Origin: Felis catus
Taxonomy: Eukaryota
Direction: 5' to 3'
DNA length: 64,000 bases
Assembly: GCF_018350175.1 (NCBI RefSeq)
Contig: NC_058368.1
Span: 101,496,001-101,560,000, forward strand
Part shown: one piece after another, positions 37,897 through 50,791 of the stretch
How positions within the stretch are numbered: position 1 is the first letter of the stretch
How the letters are laid out: each line of letters opens with the position of its first letter
Notes under the pieces: model-generated
Database searches by the model: none
Told to the model about the DNA's origin: nothing
Seen by the model: only the letters and a program-made list of their open reading frames with translations
Program-made: the position numbers and the translations under genes

Positions 37897-39243
37897 GTAA
37901 GACTATTTTGTTTATTCCATTATGTTTGAAGCGTTTTTTTTTTAAAGCTAAAAGTACTTTCTAATGAAAATGGTTTAGTTACTGTTTAGTTGTTTACCTG
38001 TGGTAATTTTAAAGAACATAAATATTGGAAATTTCTTATGTACTTGTATTTTTGTTTGTAAGGAATTCCCTACTATAAGAATGTGTATTTACTTGAGATC
38101 ACCCATCTGGAATATGAGTAAAAAGAAAATAAATTTCAAGCCCCGACAAGCTGATAAAAAACACCCCATAAGGTGCCATTTGCTGTGTATTTTTAAGAAT
38201 GATGTTTAGGCTACTTTTTCAGATTTGAAAACATTTAGCTAACTGATCACTTCAGGAGGATATGTATGGCTTAAAGTCAAGGTAATGTACTGAAACTGCC
38301 AAAAAAACCCAAAACAGTGAAATTTACATACATCCAGAGTGGCACGCAGAAATCTATGTTCTTAATAAGGCACACAAGGTGCTGATTCAGTTTATTTTTT
38401 CTAATCAGGCAGGTTTGGTAAACATTGGTCTAATTAAATCTCCTAACTCTACATTAAAGGCAATTGAAACTCGGTGAGGGAAAGTTATCTGCCAGATGTT
38501 ACACAGCAATTTAATGACATAGTTGGGACTAAAATCTAGGTTTTTAACTCCTGCAACAGTAGAGATGTGGCTTTCTTGAGTGAAGAGAAATAAGAAGAGG
38601 GTAGTATGGTTATATGGGCGTCAATATTGAGGTACCCTGAGGCTGTGGTCAGTGGACCACTGAGAATGCAAACCTGAGAAGGAAAGAGGAAAAACTTGGC
38701 TTCACAATTTTCCTTAGATGCAATCCCACTTAGAAGAAATAAATCCAATTGTGTGTTTATCTATTCGATTAGTTCTCTTCATCTTGTAAAACACCTGAAT
38801 TTGTAGGTCACCCTTCATTTTAATACTACTTTGTGTTGTTAAGGCACATTAAATCTTTGAATGAAGCAAGCCAGTAAAAGCCAATGACATACTTTGTAAA
38901 TAGCTGTGATTGACATGTTTGGCAGACTCTTGCATTTTAGTAGGGACTCAAATGTTTGGAAGGGTGAATGTTTCACAGTTTACTTTTTAGGAGATTGAGC
39001 TAGATATTTTAAAATTCTTGACTGTTTCTGATTTTGGAATTAGAAAATCTAGGTTATTTACTTACTAACTCTGAGCTCCATTTATCTGTCTATTCAAAGC
39101 GTGTTGCCTGTCCATCATGTATGAAGCATGACTAGGCACTGATAATACTGGAAAAATATAAAAATTGTTCTTGCTATTATGGAAAACATAAGTTATTTAA
39201 CCACTTGAGGCCTCAAATTCCTCAACTTGAAAATGGAATTCTT

Positions 39244-39537
39244 CCTGCTTGGGATTCTCTCCTCCTCTCTGTGCCCACCCCCCCAAACATAAATAAATAA
39301 ACTTAAACAAAAAGGGGCACCTGTGTGGCTTAGTCACTGAAGCATGCCACTGTTGATTTCTGCTTATGTCATGATCTCATGGTTTGTAAGATCGAGCTTG
39401 CATCCGACTTTATACTGATAGCAAGGAGCCTGCTTGGGATTCTCAGTCTCTCTCTCCCTCTCTCTGTGCCCCTCCCCCACTCGAGCATGCACATACATGT
39501 ACTCTCTCTCTCTCAAAAATAAATAAACTTAAAAAAA
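39244..39537 (+). mobile_element. SINE dimer: 5'-truncated copy (39244-39313) plus full copy (39314-39537), inside a MIR
   Basis: Flanked by aaaatggaatt at 39230 and 39534; MIR-like cctcaaattcctca.c.tgaaaatgg on the left and gttgattgtgaagat on the right. Confidence 0.85.
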
Positions 39538-40524
39538 TGGAATTACTGCTCCTTCTTAGTTGATTGTGAAGATAAAATTCAGACGATCATGTAAAAGGAC
39601 CCATCAGTATACCTGCACATTTTAGGAAAGCATTGACCTGCATGCTTAAAAGATATTAAAATACTTGTTCTGTTTTAAAATAAAAAATATGGCCTACTGT
39701 AGTGTATTTATTTATATATATGAAGTAGTTTTACAGGTGCACATTATTTTATATGTATGTGTGTACCCTATCTCTCTTTGTGGATCTGACTGTTATTACT
39801 ATAGTGCTTTGGCCATTTTTATTTAGAAGTGGTTACATATAATTTATTTTGAAATAAATACGTATATGTTTATGAACACATCTGTGTGTATGTATGCACG
39901 TCTGTGTGTGTATAAACACACAGAACAATTCTAGCTGGCCCTTTTAACTGGGGTAATATGAGAAACGATGTGTACCTTATATTGAAACTATATATGCTGC
40001 ATACAGTGAAAAAGCAGTAAAATACCCCTTTGTGGTGTGTGAATAATTGGAAACAGGAATAAGATGATTTATTAGTCTGTCCATCCATCCATCCATTTGT
40101 CATCTACTTATCTATCTGAATCTCTGTATCTGTCTAGGGTTATTTGTTGTATATTTGTATAAATTGATTTATTTAAATGTGATCTCTATACTCTATTTTT
40201 GTGTTTTATGCATATTTATAAAATAGATAATACCTATACTTAGCTAATTTATTAATTTTATTCCTTCTTACTGACAGGATACTAAATAAAGTGGCATTTT
40301 ACTCCCTTTTTAAAGGCCCCAAATAATTTCTTCCTATAAAAACAGTTGTTGAAACATGGTTTGTATACCTGGATAAACATGCTGATGTTGAAACCTGGTT
40401 TGGATTCTTAAAGTGCTTGCTTTAAAACTACATTAAAGACACATCTTGTGTATTTGATTCCTGGCACTAAAATTTTTGTGATTAGTGTTGGGTGAGAAAG
40501 AATATAAGGTATATGTGTTATAGA

Positions 40525-40975
40525 TAAGGAATTTTCAACACAGATGCTGTTGGCATTTTGGGCTAGGCAGTTCTTTTTACAGAGAGAACTGTTCCAGATA
40601 TTCATGTTGTTTACAACTTCCGACTTCTTCAACACTAAATAAAAGTTGTAACTCCATGCACAACCCCAAATGCCTTCCCCCAGCCATTTAAAAAAAAATT
40701 TTTTTAAACATTTACTTATTTTTGAAACAGAGAGAGACAGAGCATGAACGGGGGAGGGTCAGAGAGAGGGAGACACAGAATCTGAAACAGGCTCCAGGCT
40801 CTGAGCTGTCAGCACAGAGCCCGACACGGGGCTTGAACTCACGGACTGTGAGATCATGACCTGAGCCGAAAGTCGGCCGCTTAACCGACTGAGCCACCCA
40901 GGCGCGCGCCCCCCCCCCCCCCAGCCATTTTAAATGCCCCAGGAGGAGACAGTATTAAGCACTGTTGAAACTACT
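40525..40975. mobile_element. MER20-like hAT MITE split by an antisense SINE (40690-40910)
   Basis: gttggcattttgggctaggcagttcttt..aaatgcccc.ggagg; SINE TSD cccccagccattt. Confidence 0.65.
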
Positions 40976-41250
40976 CATACAAGTAATGATTTAAAAAAAA
41001 AAAGTGGCATAAAACTTTGACCTTGAGATTTAAAAAAAAATAGGTAAACCTTGCAAATCATCTAAAATCAAATTTAAGTAATTGAGAGCACATTTTTATT
41101 CGTAAGTGAAATGTTCACTGTGTTTTTGTTTTATTTTATCTTTATATGTATGGTGGTAAGGCTTGCATTCTGTGCGTTTTTGATCTGTTTCTAGCTTAGA
41201 CAATCATCAAAAACCCTTAGAAAGTTTCTTTTTAAAAAATTTTTTAAGGC

Positions 41251-41464
41251 TTTTTTTTTTTTTTTTTTGAGAGAGAGAGAGAGAGAAAGAGAGAGCGAGC
41301 GAGCAGGGGAGGGGCAGAGAGAGAGGGAGACACAGAATCCGAAGCAGGCTCCAGGCTCTGAGCTGTCAGCAAAGAGCCCGAAGCGAGGCTCAAACCCACG
41401 AACCGTGAGACCATGACCTGAGCCGAAGTTGGATGCTCAACTGACTGAGCCACCCAGGTGCCCC
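41251..41464 (-). mobile_element. SINEC_Fc-type SINE
   Basis: Poly(T), GA tract, full body. Confidence 0.94.
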
Positions 41465-41489
41465 TGGAAATGTTTTTGATAGGTACTGA

Positions 41490-42047
41490 ATGAGAACAAA
41501 CATAGCTAGCTAAAATATAGTGTTTTATTGTATTTATTTGTTTTTTTGTGTGTATTATATTTTGACCTCTTAAAAAAAAAATCTTTCTGACTGGAGAGAG
41601 ACTACTCCCACTGGGGCTAGCCAATTCTTAGAGGCAGCAAAGGATTCAGCTGGGAGCATGCCTCTGATCTGCAGAGTAACCAATCTGGAGCCATACCTCC
41701 TTTGCCTGGCCTGTATATTCCAGCAGGCTGGCTTCTACTTCATTAATCATCCCATGATGAGGTACAAGACAACAAGACACCCCTCCTATAGCCCAAAGAC
41801 CACCAGAATTACTCAAACTACTTAATCCTAAACTGTTTGCCCTGCCTTGCCTTGGCTTTCTGTAGAAACTCCAGTAAAGGCTTTGGCCTGAGCTTCTCCT
41901 CCCTTGTTTCTGTCTTCCACCACTTGACCAAAACAGGATCCTTCTCCTCTAGGACCTGTGAGCATAATAAACTCTGTTTTCCTGAGCCTCTGCTATGTCC
42001 CCTCTTGAAGTTGCAACTGACTGACTGTCACCTAAAAGAACACAAAA
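41490..42047 (+). mobile_element. ERV-type solo LTR (family uncertain)
   Basis: ggggctagccaattc, second CCAAT, tata-like cctatag, aataaactct poly(A) signal; LTR-like organisation. Confidence 0.6.
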
Positions 42048-42344
42048 AAGGGTGCTATAAACTGCTGGATGAGATACTATGTGTATGTGAAATAAGTGGC
42101 TGTAGTTTTTGACATCATTAGGTATATGACAGGAGTTTCAATAACTTTTCTTATTTTTGTCTTCTTTTTTATATAGTTCACAGTTCTTGTTGGTTTTTAT
42201 TTAAGAGTTGTTTTGAAAATTTTGCAGGCCCTACATTCTATATCAAATATGCAGATTTGAGTGCATTCATCATTTTTTTATGCTTACTGATTTTTTACTG
42301 TTACTAACTGTAGTGTATTATAAAACTTAATTGAAAAATGTACT

Positions 42345-43165
42345 AATCAGTAACAGACGGTGATACTCTAAGAGATCCTAGAATATAGGGTGTTAAGCAA
42401 AATAGGTTTTTTTGCTTTTGGTTTTTGTTTCACGTAACACCAGAGGAAGAGCCCTTGGGGCTTTTTTTTTTTTTTTTTTTTTTTTTAATGGTAGCACTAG
42501 GGTTTATTAAGCTGCACCTTAGTACAGGCATTGGGGCTTGCCCATGGTGCTCTTGAGGTATAAAGCTGGACAATCTGCCAATTCTTCTTGAGCAATGACA
42601 CCAGGAAATTGACAGTTAAGTGGATGTTGTGTACAAGCTCATCATCTGTCATGTTCACGTGGCCAACGGCCACTGCCAGACAAAGCAACTTCATCTGGAA
42701 TTGGATCATGGACTTCACCTCATCCACTTCGGCCACCATGTTCTCACTCTGGGTCAGCAAGGAAGGAAACTTGCCAGCCTTATTCAGGCCAGGGCCCAGG
42801 CTTTGTGGAGTCTGCTTGATCAGAGATTTGGAAGCCGAAACGGCATCATGGCGGTCAGGGGGCCTCTGCGCCCTCAGTATATGGACTCAGTCTCTGTGTG
42901 CAAGGTGATTGCTTCTGTCTTTGTCATCTGCCAGCCAGCCAGCTAGCAAGAGGAAGAAGAAGGATCAGAATGTCAAAAACACTCATTTTTGGAAGTGAGG
43001 AGTGACAGACCTGTGTCCCCTCATACCCAGAACTTAATTACATCGCTGAAAGAGAGGCTGGAAATGTAATCTCTAGCTGGACAGCCATTTTAAAATGGAC
43101 TGGTTCTATTATTATAGAATGGAGGGCATGGATATTGGTGGGTAACTAATAGTTCCTGCTATAAA
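42345..43165. mobile_element. Old MaLR LTR (MLT1K/L-like) split by the RPL10A retrocopy
   Basis: Left part taacag..gtgttaagcaaaatagg..tcacgtaaca; right part cagaactta.ttacat..gaggctggaaatgta.tct.tagctgg..atggatattgg..aactaatagt. Confidence 0.6.
42462..42850 (-). pseudogene. RPL10A: 5'-truncated processed pseudogene of ribosomal protein L10a (uL1)
   Basis: Minus strand reads ..[95 protein letters not shown]; intronless; one codon lost and a 1-nt frameshift near the C-terminus; AATAAA (42503-42508) and a 25-nt poly(A) (T-run 42462-42486). Confidence 0.95.
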
Positions 43166-45682
43166 CAGATACGTAGTTTTTGTAGAACAGGGTTTTCCAT
43201 GATAATTACCACCCAAATACTCAAAATTGGTAAAACCATCATTTCAAGTTCAGTAGAGCAGAAAGCTCTCCTGGAAATGACCTTTGAAATTGGATTAAAA
43301 CATCAGTTAATTGGAACCACTTTGCTTGGCGCCTTGTTGTAACTGGATTCCCCTTATACATACATTCCCTCCCTGTCACACATGTAATACACACAAACAC
43401 ATACCTACACGCAGGTCATTTGTTCATGCCCGAAACAACAAACACTGATTAAAAGCCAAGTGTGTGAGCCTATGCCTATGTTAGGTTATGGGGATGTAAC
43501 AAAAATGTATTGTTTCACCATTGTTCATGTCTAAAAATATAATCCTCGAAGTTCAACAAAATCTGTAATGTTCAAAAAAAGAATCATGCTTTAAGGTTTA
43601 AGTGCTTTGTACCATGACCTAAAAGACATTTGAGTGTAAATGCCAATAAAAGCAGTACTTCTAGATGAATTGGTATATTTTGGTTCTGTGGAATCTATAT
43701 ATAACTTAACTTCTTGTCCTGTGAATAATTTTCCCTGTGTACCTGTGACTAAACATCATATAGTTAGGAAAAGATAATAATGTCTTGAGGAAATACAAAT
43801 TCTGTCTTTGAACTCAAAATGGAATTATTCCTTTGTGAGACACAGTTCCTCAAGATAAAGTTCCTCACCATATCATTAAATTGTTCACTCTCTGCCTACT
43901 AGTGGATGCCTGAAATTTCATGTATAGTGTATTCTTGAAAGTATACATGAAGGCACATCTAAATGTTGAACTACTTGACTAAAAACGTGATAGGTTTCTG
44001 GTATGATTGGTTTCATATTTACGGGATCGGCAATTTATATTCATGAGCTATTTAATATATAGGTTATGTATATTTAAATAATACCTACAAATATATATAA
44101 TATAATAAATATATTTATAACTTATAATACATTTTTATATATACAATATATACAAATATATTTGTATTTGTAATATATTTATATTGCTAAACGTTCACCA
44201 CATTTGGCACTCCTGTTGAGTTCCATCTCTGTGCCAACTGTCACGGGTTATGAGACCTATCTATTAAGTGTTAGTACGAATGCTTGTTTTTTTTTAATCT
44301 CTCTTTTCTCCTCATTCATTTTTATAAAATAGGGACGAGATTCAAGAAAGGAGTACGGTATTTGGATGAACAGACACTACTGTATAATGGTGGTGACCTA
44401 TCAAGAGACTGAAATTTTGCCTAGAAGTTTTACTGCCGTTCATTAGCTGCTGTAGAAAAGGAAGTTAGGGCTATTATGGTAGAAAATCCCATGTGTCAAA
44501 GTTGCTCATTCTGTGTTCAGCCAGTGTGACCAGGGCCAGTTACTGTCACAGTTAAAAAAAACAAAGCAAAAACACTTAACGTTTTTCTGTTTTTCTCATT
44601 ATAAAAATAATGAATGCCTATTGAAAAAATACTGGAAATTCAGAAATCACATGCTATTTTTGTTCTTTTTCCTGTGCTTGTGAAGAAACACTTTAATTTA
44701 GGTATTAGATTGTCTTTGTATACTTATTGCTTCTAAATTTTTCTGTACTACTTCACTTGGGCTACAGATGCTGACTGACCCAATGGAATTTTCTAGATTA
44801 TTTTCCATTGGCAATGCCAAAGATTACTGTAATTCATTTGAATTCTTTACATGTTATAGATACTGAGTCTTTATTTTGGTTTGTCAGTTACCTGTTCTTT
44901 GTATATGGTAAATGTTTTTCAATATACAGATAGAGACGTTTAATATATTTTATGGTTTCCAGTCTGTATAAAATCTTTTTACCTTTTCCCACCTTTTAAA
45001 ATGCCCATAAAGACTTTCATATATTGGGTGGTAAGCATTTTTTCTTGTTTTATGGTTTATATCTAAGTTTTTAAATGTTCAGCATTTAATATGGGTATAA
45101 GGTAGGGTGCTAATAAACCCATTTCCCCCTCAAAATCATTAGCTAGTTTGTCAGAGCCAATTATTAAATAATATGTTTCTTACTTTATTTCATTTTTAAT
45201 ATATTCAGGAGTTTCCTGTGTGTATAATGTATTTACTAGATGACATATGAGCTCTAATGAGATTACTTACCATAATAATGAAGGATTTAAAATGAGGCAG
45301 TGATTGGGAAAGGAATTTTGTATTCCTGTTTTCATATAGGAGTTCTGGTTTTTAAATGTATTTTCAGCATGTGTTTGACTATTGATTTACTTTCTGAGTT
45401 GTGTGCAATAATATTGCATCAAAATAAGAATCTTCTTATTTTTGTAAGTGGGCTACCTTATTTAAGTATCACTTTCTACTCTGAATCCAGGTGAAATGCT
45501 AATTATGTCCTTGGGTGGATCAATTTAAGATTTCCTTGTCATTGCTTCGATCTCTGGAGCAAAAACCTTTGCTTCATTTAAATGTATTAGTGCTTTTTTT
45601 TCACCCAGAGTAGAGTTTTACATAATGTACCTTTAAAAATCAATTATTGATACAATCTGATCTTTCTTCTTTCTTTTTCAAG

Positions 45683-45723
45683 GGAAAAATTTATATACAA
45701 ATGAATATGTGGCAATTAAACTG
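45683..45723 (+). CDS. CSNK1G3: Casein kinase I gamma-3, exon 3 (41 nt)
   Basis: Acceptor ttctttttcaAG; encodes (G)KNLYTNEYVAIKL with the catalytic VAIK lysine; donor CTG|GTAAGT; phase matches exon 2. Confidence 0.97.
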
Positions 45724-46132
45724 GTAAGTTTGTGTTTCTTTTTTTTTCCCTTAATTATTTTCCTGTTTTTCTTTGATGATTAGTTTACATTTTAATTACT
45801 TTTTTGGTTTCATATCATTTATAACTTGAGTGTTTATTGGGAAAATGATATGCATAACTGGTTTTTTGTGTGTGTGATTAAGCTCCTAGCATCCACATGC
45901 CTCTCAAGTATATGATAATGTGTGAATGTCTGTATTTTCCATGCCGTGAAAACTCAATCCCTTTACTTTGATATCATAGAATTTAATTTTTGAGTTTTGG
46001 CACAATTTGTAATTTCAAGAAACTGGCCCGTTGGCGTTTTTAATTAGAGAAAAACTAGAAAGCAAAATTTCTCTTAAAGATTCAAGTATTTGGACAAATG
46101 TGTCCTTAGTATTCTGGATTACCCACTTTCCT

Positions 46133-46304
46133 GGGGTGCCTGGGTGCTTCAGTCGGTTAAGCATCCAACTTGGGCTCAGGTCGTGAGTTCGAGCCCTGCA
46201 TTGGGCTCCCTGCTGAGAGAGAGGTCCCTCTCTGCTGAAGCAGGTCCCTTGTCCCCCTCTCCTGCTGCCTTTCCCCCCCCTCAAAAATAAACATAAAAAA
46301 AAAA
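46133..46304 (+). mobile_element. SINEC SINE with internal deletion
   Basis: ggggtgcctgggtg..cagtcggttaagcatcc head, B box gagttcgagccc, A tail. Confidence 0.88.
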
Positions 46305-47020
46305 TTGACAATGTCCTTCCAGGTAGCTTCCAGTATCTTTTTTTCCGTTGATATTTTGAATATGGTAAAAGTGGCTATTAGTTGACCTTCAGGGGTTCAG
46401 AAATTACTGATGTGTGAGGAAGCTAGCAGGGAAAACAAACTCCCATGCAACCACTCTCAAGTCCTCAGTGTGCCATCTCTGACAGCTGTAAGGCAGCTCT
46501 GTTCTGCAAGACTGGAGATCTGGGAACTTTTAGAAGACACAGCTTTGTTCAGGCACCACTTTTCTCTCCCGTCTTGCCAGCCAGGTTTCCCTGAGGCTAA
46601 GCCTGGCTTGGTTTTTCCAGTCTGCCGGCCATCGTCAATCTTGCCTCTGCCAAAATAACCACTGTTACTGGGGTAATGTGAGATTAATAAATCAGGAGAG
46701 AGAATTAGAAGAAGAGGCTATAGAGAGAAACAGAAAAACTTTGGGGATGAGGTAGAAAACCGTACTACTCAATGTGAAGTGTCTCAGGGAGTGTAGACCA
46801 AGTTTCACCGTAACGAGTGCTGTGTGTTTTCACTGGGAAGTAAAGATGCACAGTAGGTTGTTAGAGCCCCAGGAGAGACTGGCTGGCTGACTGACATATA
46901 GTTTGGGGCTGGCCTTGACCTAGATGAGTTCACCTTGGTTTAAGGTCTGGCCCTTGGTTTTATGATGGCAAATCTGGTTGGGTCTCTCTTCAGATTGTCC
47001 CTGTTAATTAAAGGTAGATG

Positions 47021-47083
47021 CACAGTAATCATTCAGTTCACACAGTAATCATTCAATTCCCCAGTAATCATTCAGTTCACACA
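47021..47083. repeat. 20-bp minisatellite, three copies
   Basis: cacagtaatcattcagttca / cacagtaatcattcaattcc / ccagtaatcattcagttca. Confidence 0.9.
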
Positions 47084-48799
47084 ATCAGTCAGGCTTTCAG
47101 AGATGTAAATACTTGGAAGCGTTAACTTCTAATTTCAAACGAGGTATCTTGCCATTAATGTCCACAATGCCCAACTCAGTATAAACGATATGTTTGCTTT
47201 CTGTAGGCTGATCTACGGAGAAAGCAACTTAAAATTACAGGGTTCCCTTCCGAGCATGAAATCAGAACAAGGGGAGTTAGTCTGTATGAATCAGAATAGG
47301 GAGGCCCAGGATGCAGGGGCTGGACGGTGTTTGAAAGAGCATTGCTGACTTTCATTTCTTTGGAATTCTTCCTTTTTCCATGTTCTAGGCCACCGGTCTA
47401 GGACCTAGACAATGTGTGGTGTTGAGAGTGGGGGTGGCCCGCAAGGATAGGAATGTAGCAACGCCCAGATAACTGCTGCAGCAGCCTGTGGTGAGCCGCT
47501 CCGCTCCCTGGGGCCTGTGAACGATGCTCCCTGATGCCCTGAGACACGGAAACCATTGTGTCAAAGCAGGAGCCACTGCTCTAGACTGTCCTTTCCTGGT
47601 CTGTTTCAGTCACTAATTGGTGACCCGTGGGTCCTGTTCTATTCAGATTTGGGGCTTGTTGACGCTGTTGGCACCATTGGGGCCTTAGTAAACAATCAGT
47701 CTGTCATCTTCCAGCCTTCTTATGTATACACGCGTGTGTACAACTCTCTTTAGTTTATCTTCGTGCTGTGTCACTCTCCCCTCGTTTCTTTCCTCCTTCC
47801 TTTTTTTGTGGACAGTCATTCTCTGGTGTGATGTGCCCCCTTTTAAAGCACAGTGATCAGCACTACATATAATAATAGTGTTTTTTTGTAAAACTGGCAA
47901 TTTTGGGGGCTCTTTTTTTTTTTGTATTTTGAGGTTGAAGTATGCTACACAGCGTCGTCTTCACCTCCACTTGATCCAAAAATCTTTTTGGTAGAACAGA
48001 AAACGTTTCACATGAACGACTGGACCATAGTTTGGTACTTACTTCGTTAAATATTTATGTATATAAAATATGTATGAAATATCCTTCTATGTTTTATTTG
48101 TATATATTGTATCTTTAAAACAGATCCCAGTTTTCTTCAGAAGCTGCTTTAAAAGTAATCACTTGAAAATGTTAAGTTTGGATGCTTTCAATGCTATCTG
48201 ATTTCTCTAGTTAGGTAGAAATAGGGGCATTTTGATAACGGTGGTGTTGAGAGAGCATATTTCACTGATGACTTCAGCTCTGCTATCTCTTAGAAAGATT
48301 TTTACGTTCATTTAATGTTATGCTAGTTCAGATGGATAGTTTGTTTCAGGGTAAGTTGTTAATTTGACCTCACCTGGCACCCTTGTATGTTGTTATTTGC
48401 ACTTCCATAATAACCTGTTGCTAATGAATCATGAAAATGTCAACGTGTGATGAGGTGACTTTTGTTATATGGTGGTATAATAAAATTTTACTGCTGGTTA
48501 AGTACTGGAATCAAGCTGAACTGACTCACCTAAATTAGATCTGAGTTTCTGTTTTTACCAAGGGAGTTTGAGTGATTGAATAAGTTATGGTGTTTAATTT
48601 CATTGGTGATTGCATACGTGGTCATCTTTCTTTACATCTTATAGTTACATACTTCTGTATAGTTAACTGAAGAATTTATAGTTATGATAGCACTCACTTT
48701 GTGGAGGGCACTGTTTTCAGTCATGTATATAAATGTGTATACATATATATATATAAAATAGGAATAAATATATGCATATATGTATAATGAAAAAAGATA

Positions 48800-48940
48800 A
48801 AGTTTTATTCCTCTTTTATAGAGGAGGAAACTGAAAAGCACAATAAGGTTGGTAATTGGCCAAAGTCTACTCAGCTAGTAACTAGTGGATTCAGGATTCT
48901 GACTCCGGACGCTTTAGTTTTAGTGTCTGTGCTTTTTCGT
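48800..48940 (-). mobile_element. MIR
   Basis: ttttatagaggaggaaactga..ggtaattggccaaagtc.actcagctagtaa. Confidence 0.8.
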
Positions 48941-49283
48941 GTCTGTCCTGCCTCTCAACAGCTAAGCTGTTGGTTTTCTCTTACGACAGTCTTTAGGACT
49001 ATACTTTTTCCTCTGGGATTTTAATCATTCCTGGTCTGAAGTGTTTGTCATGGGTCATAGTTTTCATGACGCTATATTTTGAGATAGCCTTGTTTTTAGT
49101 TATTCTGTTTGGGATCTATATTCCTCCTGAATCTGTGGTTTGTTGTGTTTCATCAGTTCTTGCAGATTCACAGCAATTGTTTCTTCACTTAACTGCCTCT
49201 GCTCCCTTGTCTCTCTTCTTTCCTCCTGAGACTCTTATCAAATGTCTGTTAGACCTTTTCATTGTATTGTCCAGATCTCTCAT

Positions 49284-49285
<2 letters not shown>

Positions 49286-49326
<41 letters not shown>
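49286..49326. repeat. (GT)n microsatellite
   Basis: About 20 GT units. Confidence 0.95.
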
Positions 49327-49328
<2 letters not shown>

Positions 49329-49689
49329 TTTCCATTTTTCTTCTTTCATATTGCATTCCATATGATTTACATAGATGCATTCTACATCATGTTTTAGTTC
49401 TGTAGATGTTTTTCCGTGTATCTTCGAGTTTCCTACTTCTCTCTTCTGTTGTATTAATCTGCTGGCAGACTGAGTTTATTATTTCGGTTATGGAAGCTTT
49501 AAAAATATTTTTGAGATTCTGTTGATTTTCTTCAAATCTTGTTACTTTGTTATACTTTTCTATTGGGTCTGGTACAGATTTCCTGTTACTCTGGTTTGTA
49601 GTGTCCTGCAGATGTTTTCATACCTTTATTATTTATTTCTTATGTCTAAAATTTCTGTTGCTTCTGCTTACGTTGTTTCTCTGTGTGTG

Positions 49690-49955
49690 AAGTCTCAAAA
49701 ACATTATGTTGACTGAAAAAAACCAGACACATATAAAACATAATGTCATTTATATCAAATGCAACAACAGACAAAACTCATCCAAAGGTGACAGAAGTCC
49801 AAAAGTGATTACGTCTGAGGGAGGGATGATGGGAATGTTCTAGAGGTTTTTTGAGGTGGTGGTTGCAGGAGTATGTATAGTTAACTAAGCTCGCGGACCT
49901 AATGCTCACAAATGGTGTGTTTTGTTATAAGCTATACCGTAGCTAAAAGAATTTA
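49690..49955 (+). mobile_element. L1MC/ME 3' end fragment
   Basis: aacattatgttga.tgaaaaaa.ccagacac..catttatat.aaat..acagacaaaact..tgatgggaatgttcta. Confidence 0.7.
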
Positions 49956-50405
49956 AAAATATATTATCGCTCCTGTGGAAAGTTTGATATTTTCACCCTT
50001 GTTCTTTCTTACTTGTCTATAGTTCCCTTTAACCCTAGAAGCATTACGTGAGAAATATACAGTTCAGAGGTGAATTCCCGGGAACAGGAGAAAGAGTAAG
50101 GGCTACCGTTTCCCTAGTCGTGAATGTTCAGAGTCTATTTTCCTTTAGGGTCAAAGAGTCAAACATAGATTTCCTTACTGCCTCATCTAATAGCCACTTA
50201 ACCTTATGTACATGTATGGCATCAATTGATTTTAATTGAATGCAAAGTTCATTTTTATTTGGTTCTTACTTTAGAAAAAGCTGCCTAGTAGGATGTTCAA
50301 GTATGTAAGAGTTGGTACCAAGATTTGGAACATTTCGAATAGAGACTTAGTGATCTTTTAGTAACTTAAATATTTTTTTGTTATTTTTGTTGATTTTTTA
50401 ATTAG

Positions 50406-50475
50406 GAGCCCATGAAATCCAGAGCACCACAGCTACATTTGGAATACAGATTCTACAAGCAGCTAGGATCTGGAG
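50406..50475 (+). CDS. CSNK1G3: Casein kinase I gamma-3, exon 4 (70 nt); gene continues beyond the window
   Basis: Acceptor tttttaattAG; encodes EPMKSRAPQLHLEYRFYKQLGSG; donor GAG|GTAAAG; phase-0 join to exon 3. Confidence 0.97.
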
Positions 50476-50791
50476 GTAAAGTCTTACATTAATTTTTAAA
50501 TTTGTAATAAAATGAGTTGTCATGATTAATAACTCTTTGGTTTCAAAGAATAGTATTTTAAATTTGGTGAAAATGAATCACTTCTTAAGGCTATGCTTAC
50601 GAGACACTTCCTTACTAGACTGTTAATGTTCTCTTGTTATTTTACTTACGACATTTTTGGAGCTGACTGTGTTGGTGCTAATATGAATAGAGAACATTGT
50701 GAAAAAAATTTAATTTGAGAATACAAGCTGCGTATAGCTAATATCCTTAGCCTTTTTGGTGACATCACACTTATTAAAATGGCTTAGCACA

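Noticed and set aside
37897..37964. Exon 2 ORF continuation ([21 protein letters not shown])
   Set aside because: Read-through past a consensus GTAAGA donor; the real frame continues in exon 3
42497..42760. 87-aa minus-strand ORF as a functional gene
   Set aside because: Part of the truncated, frameshifted RPL10A retrocopy; no start codon or promoter
44050..44190. AT-rich tract with 18-bp palindrome atacaaatatatttgtat (44150-44167)
   Set aside because: Low-complexity TA sequence makes palindromes expected
47021..47083. Short direct repeats (also 23936-24030 and 28753-28798) as a CRISPR-like array
   Set aside because: Only 2-3 copies with no unique spacers, in mammalian intron context with no cas genes
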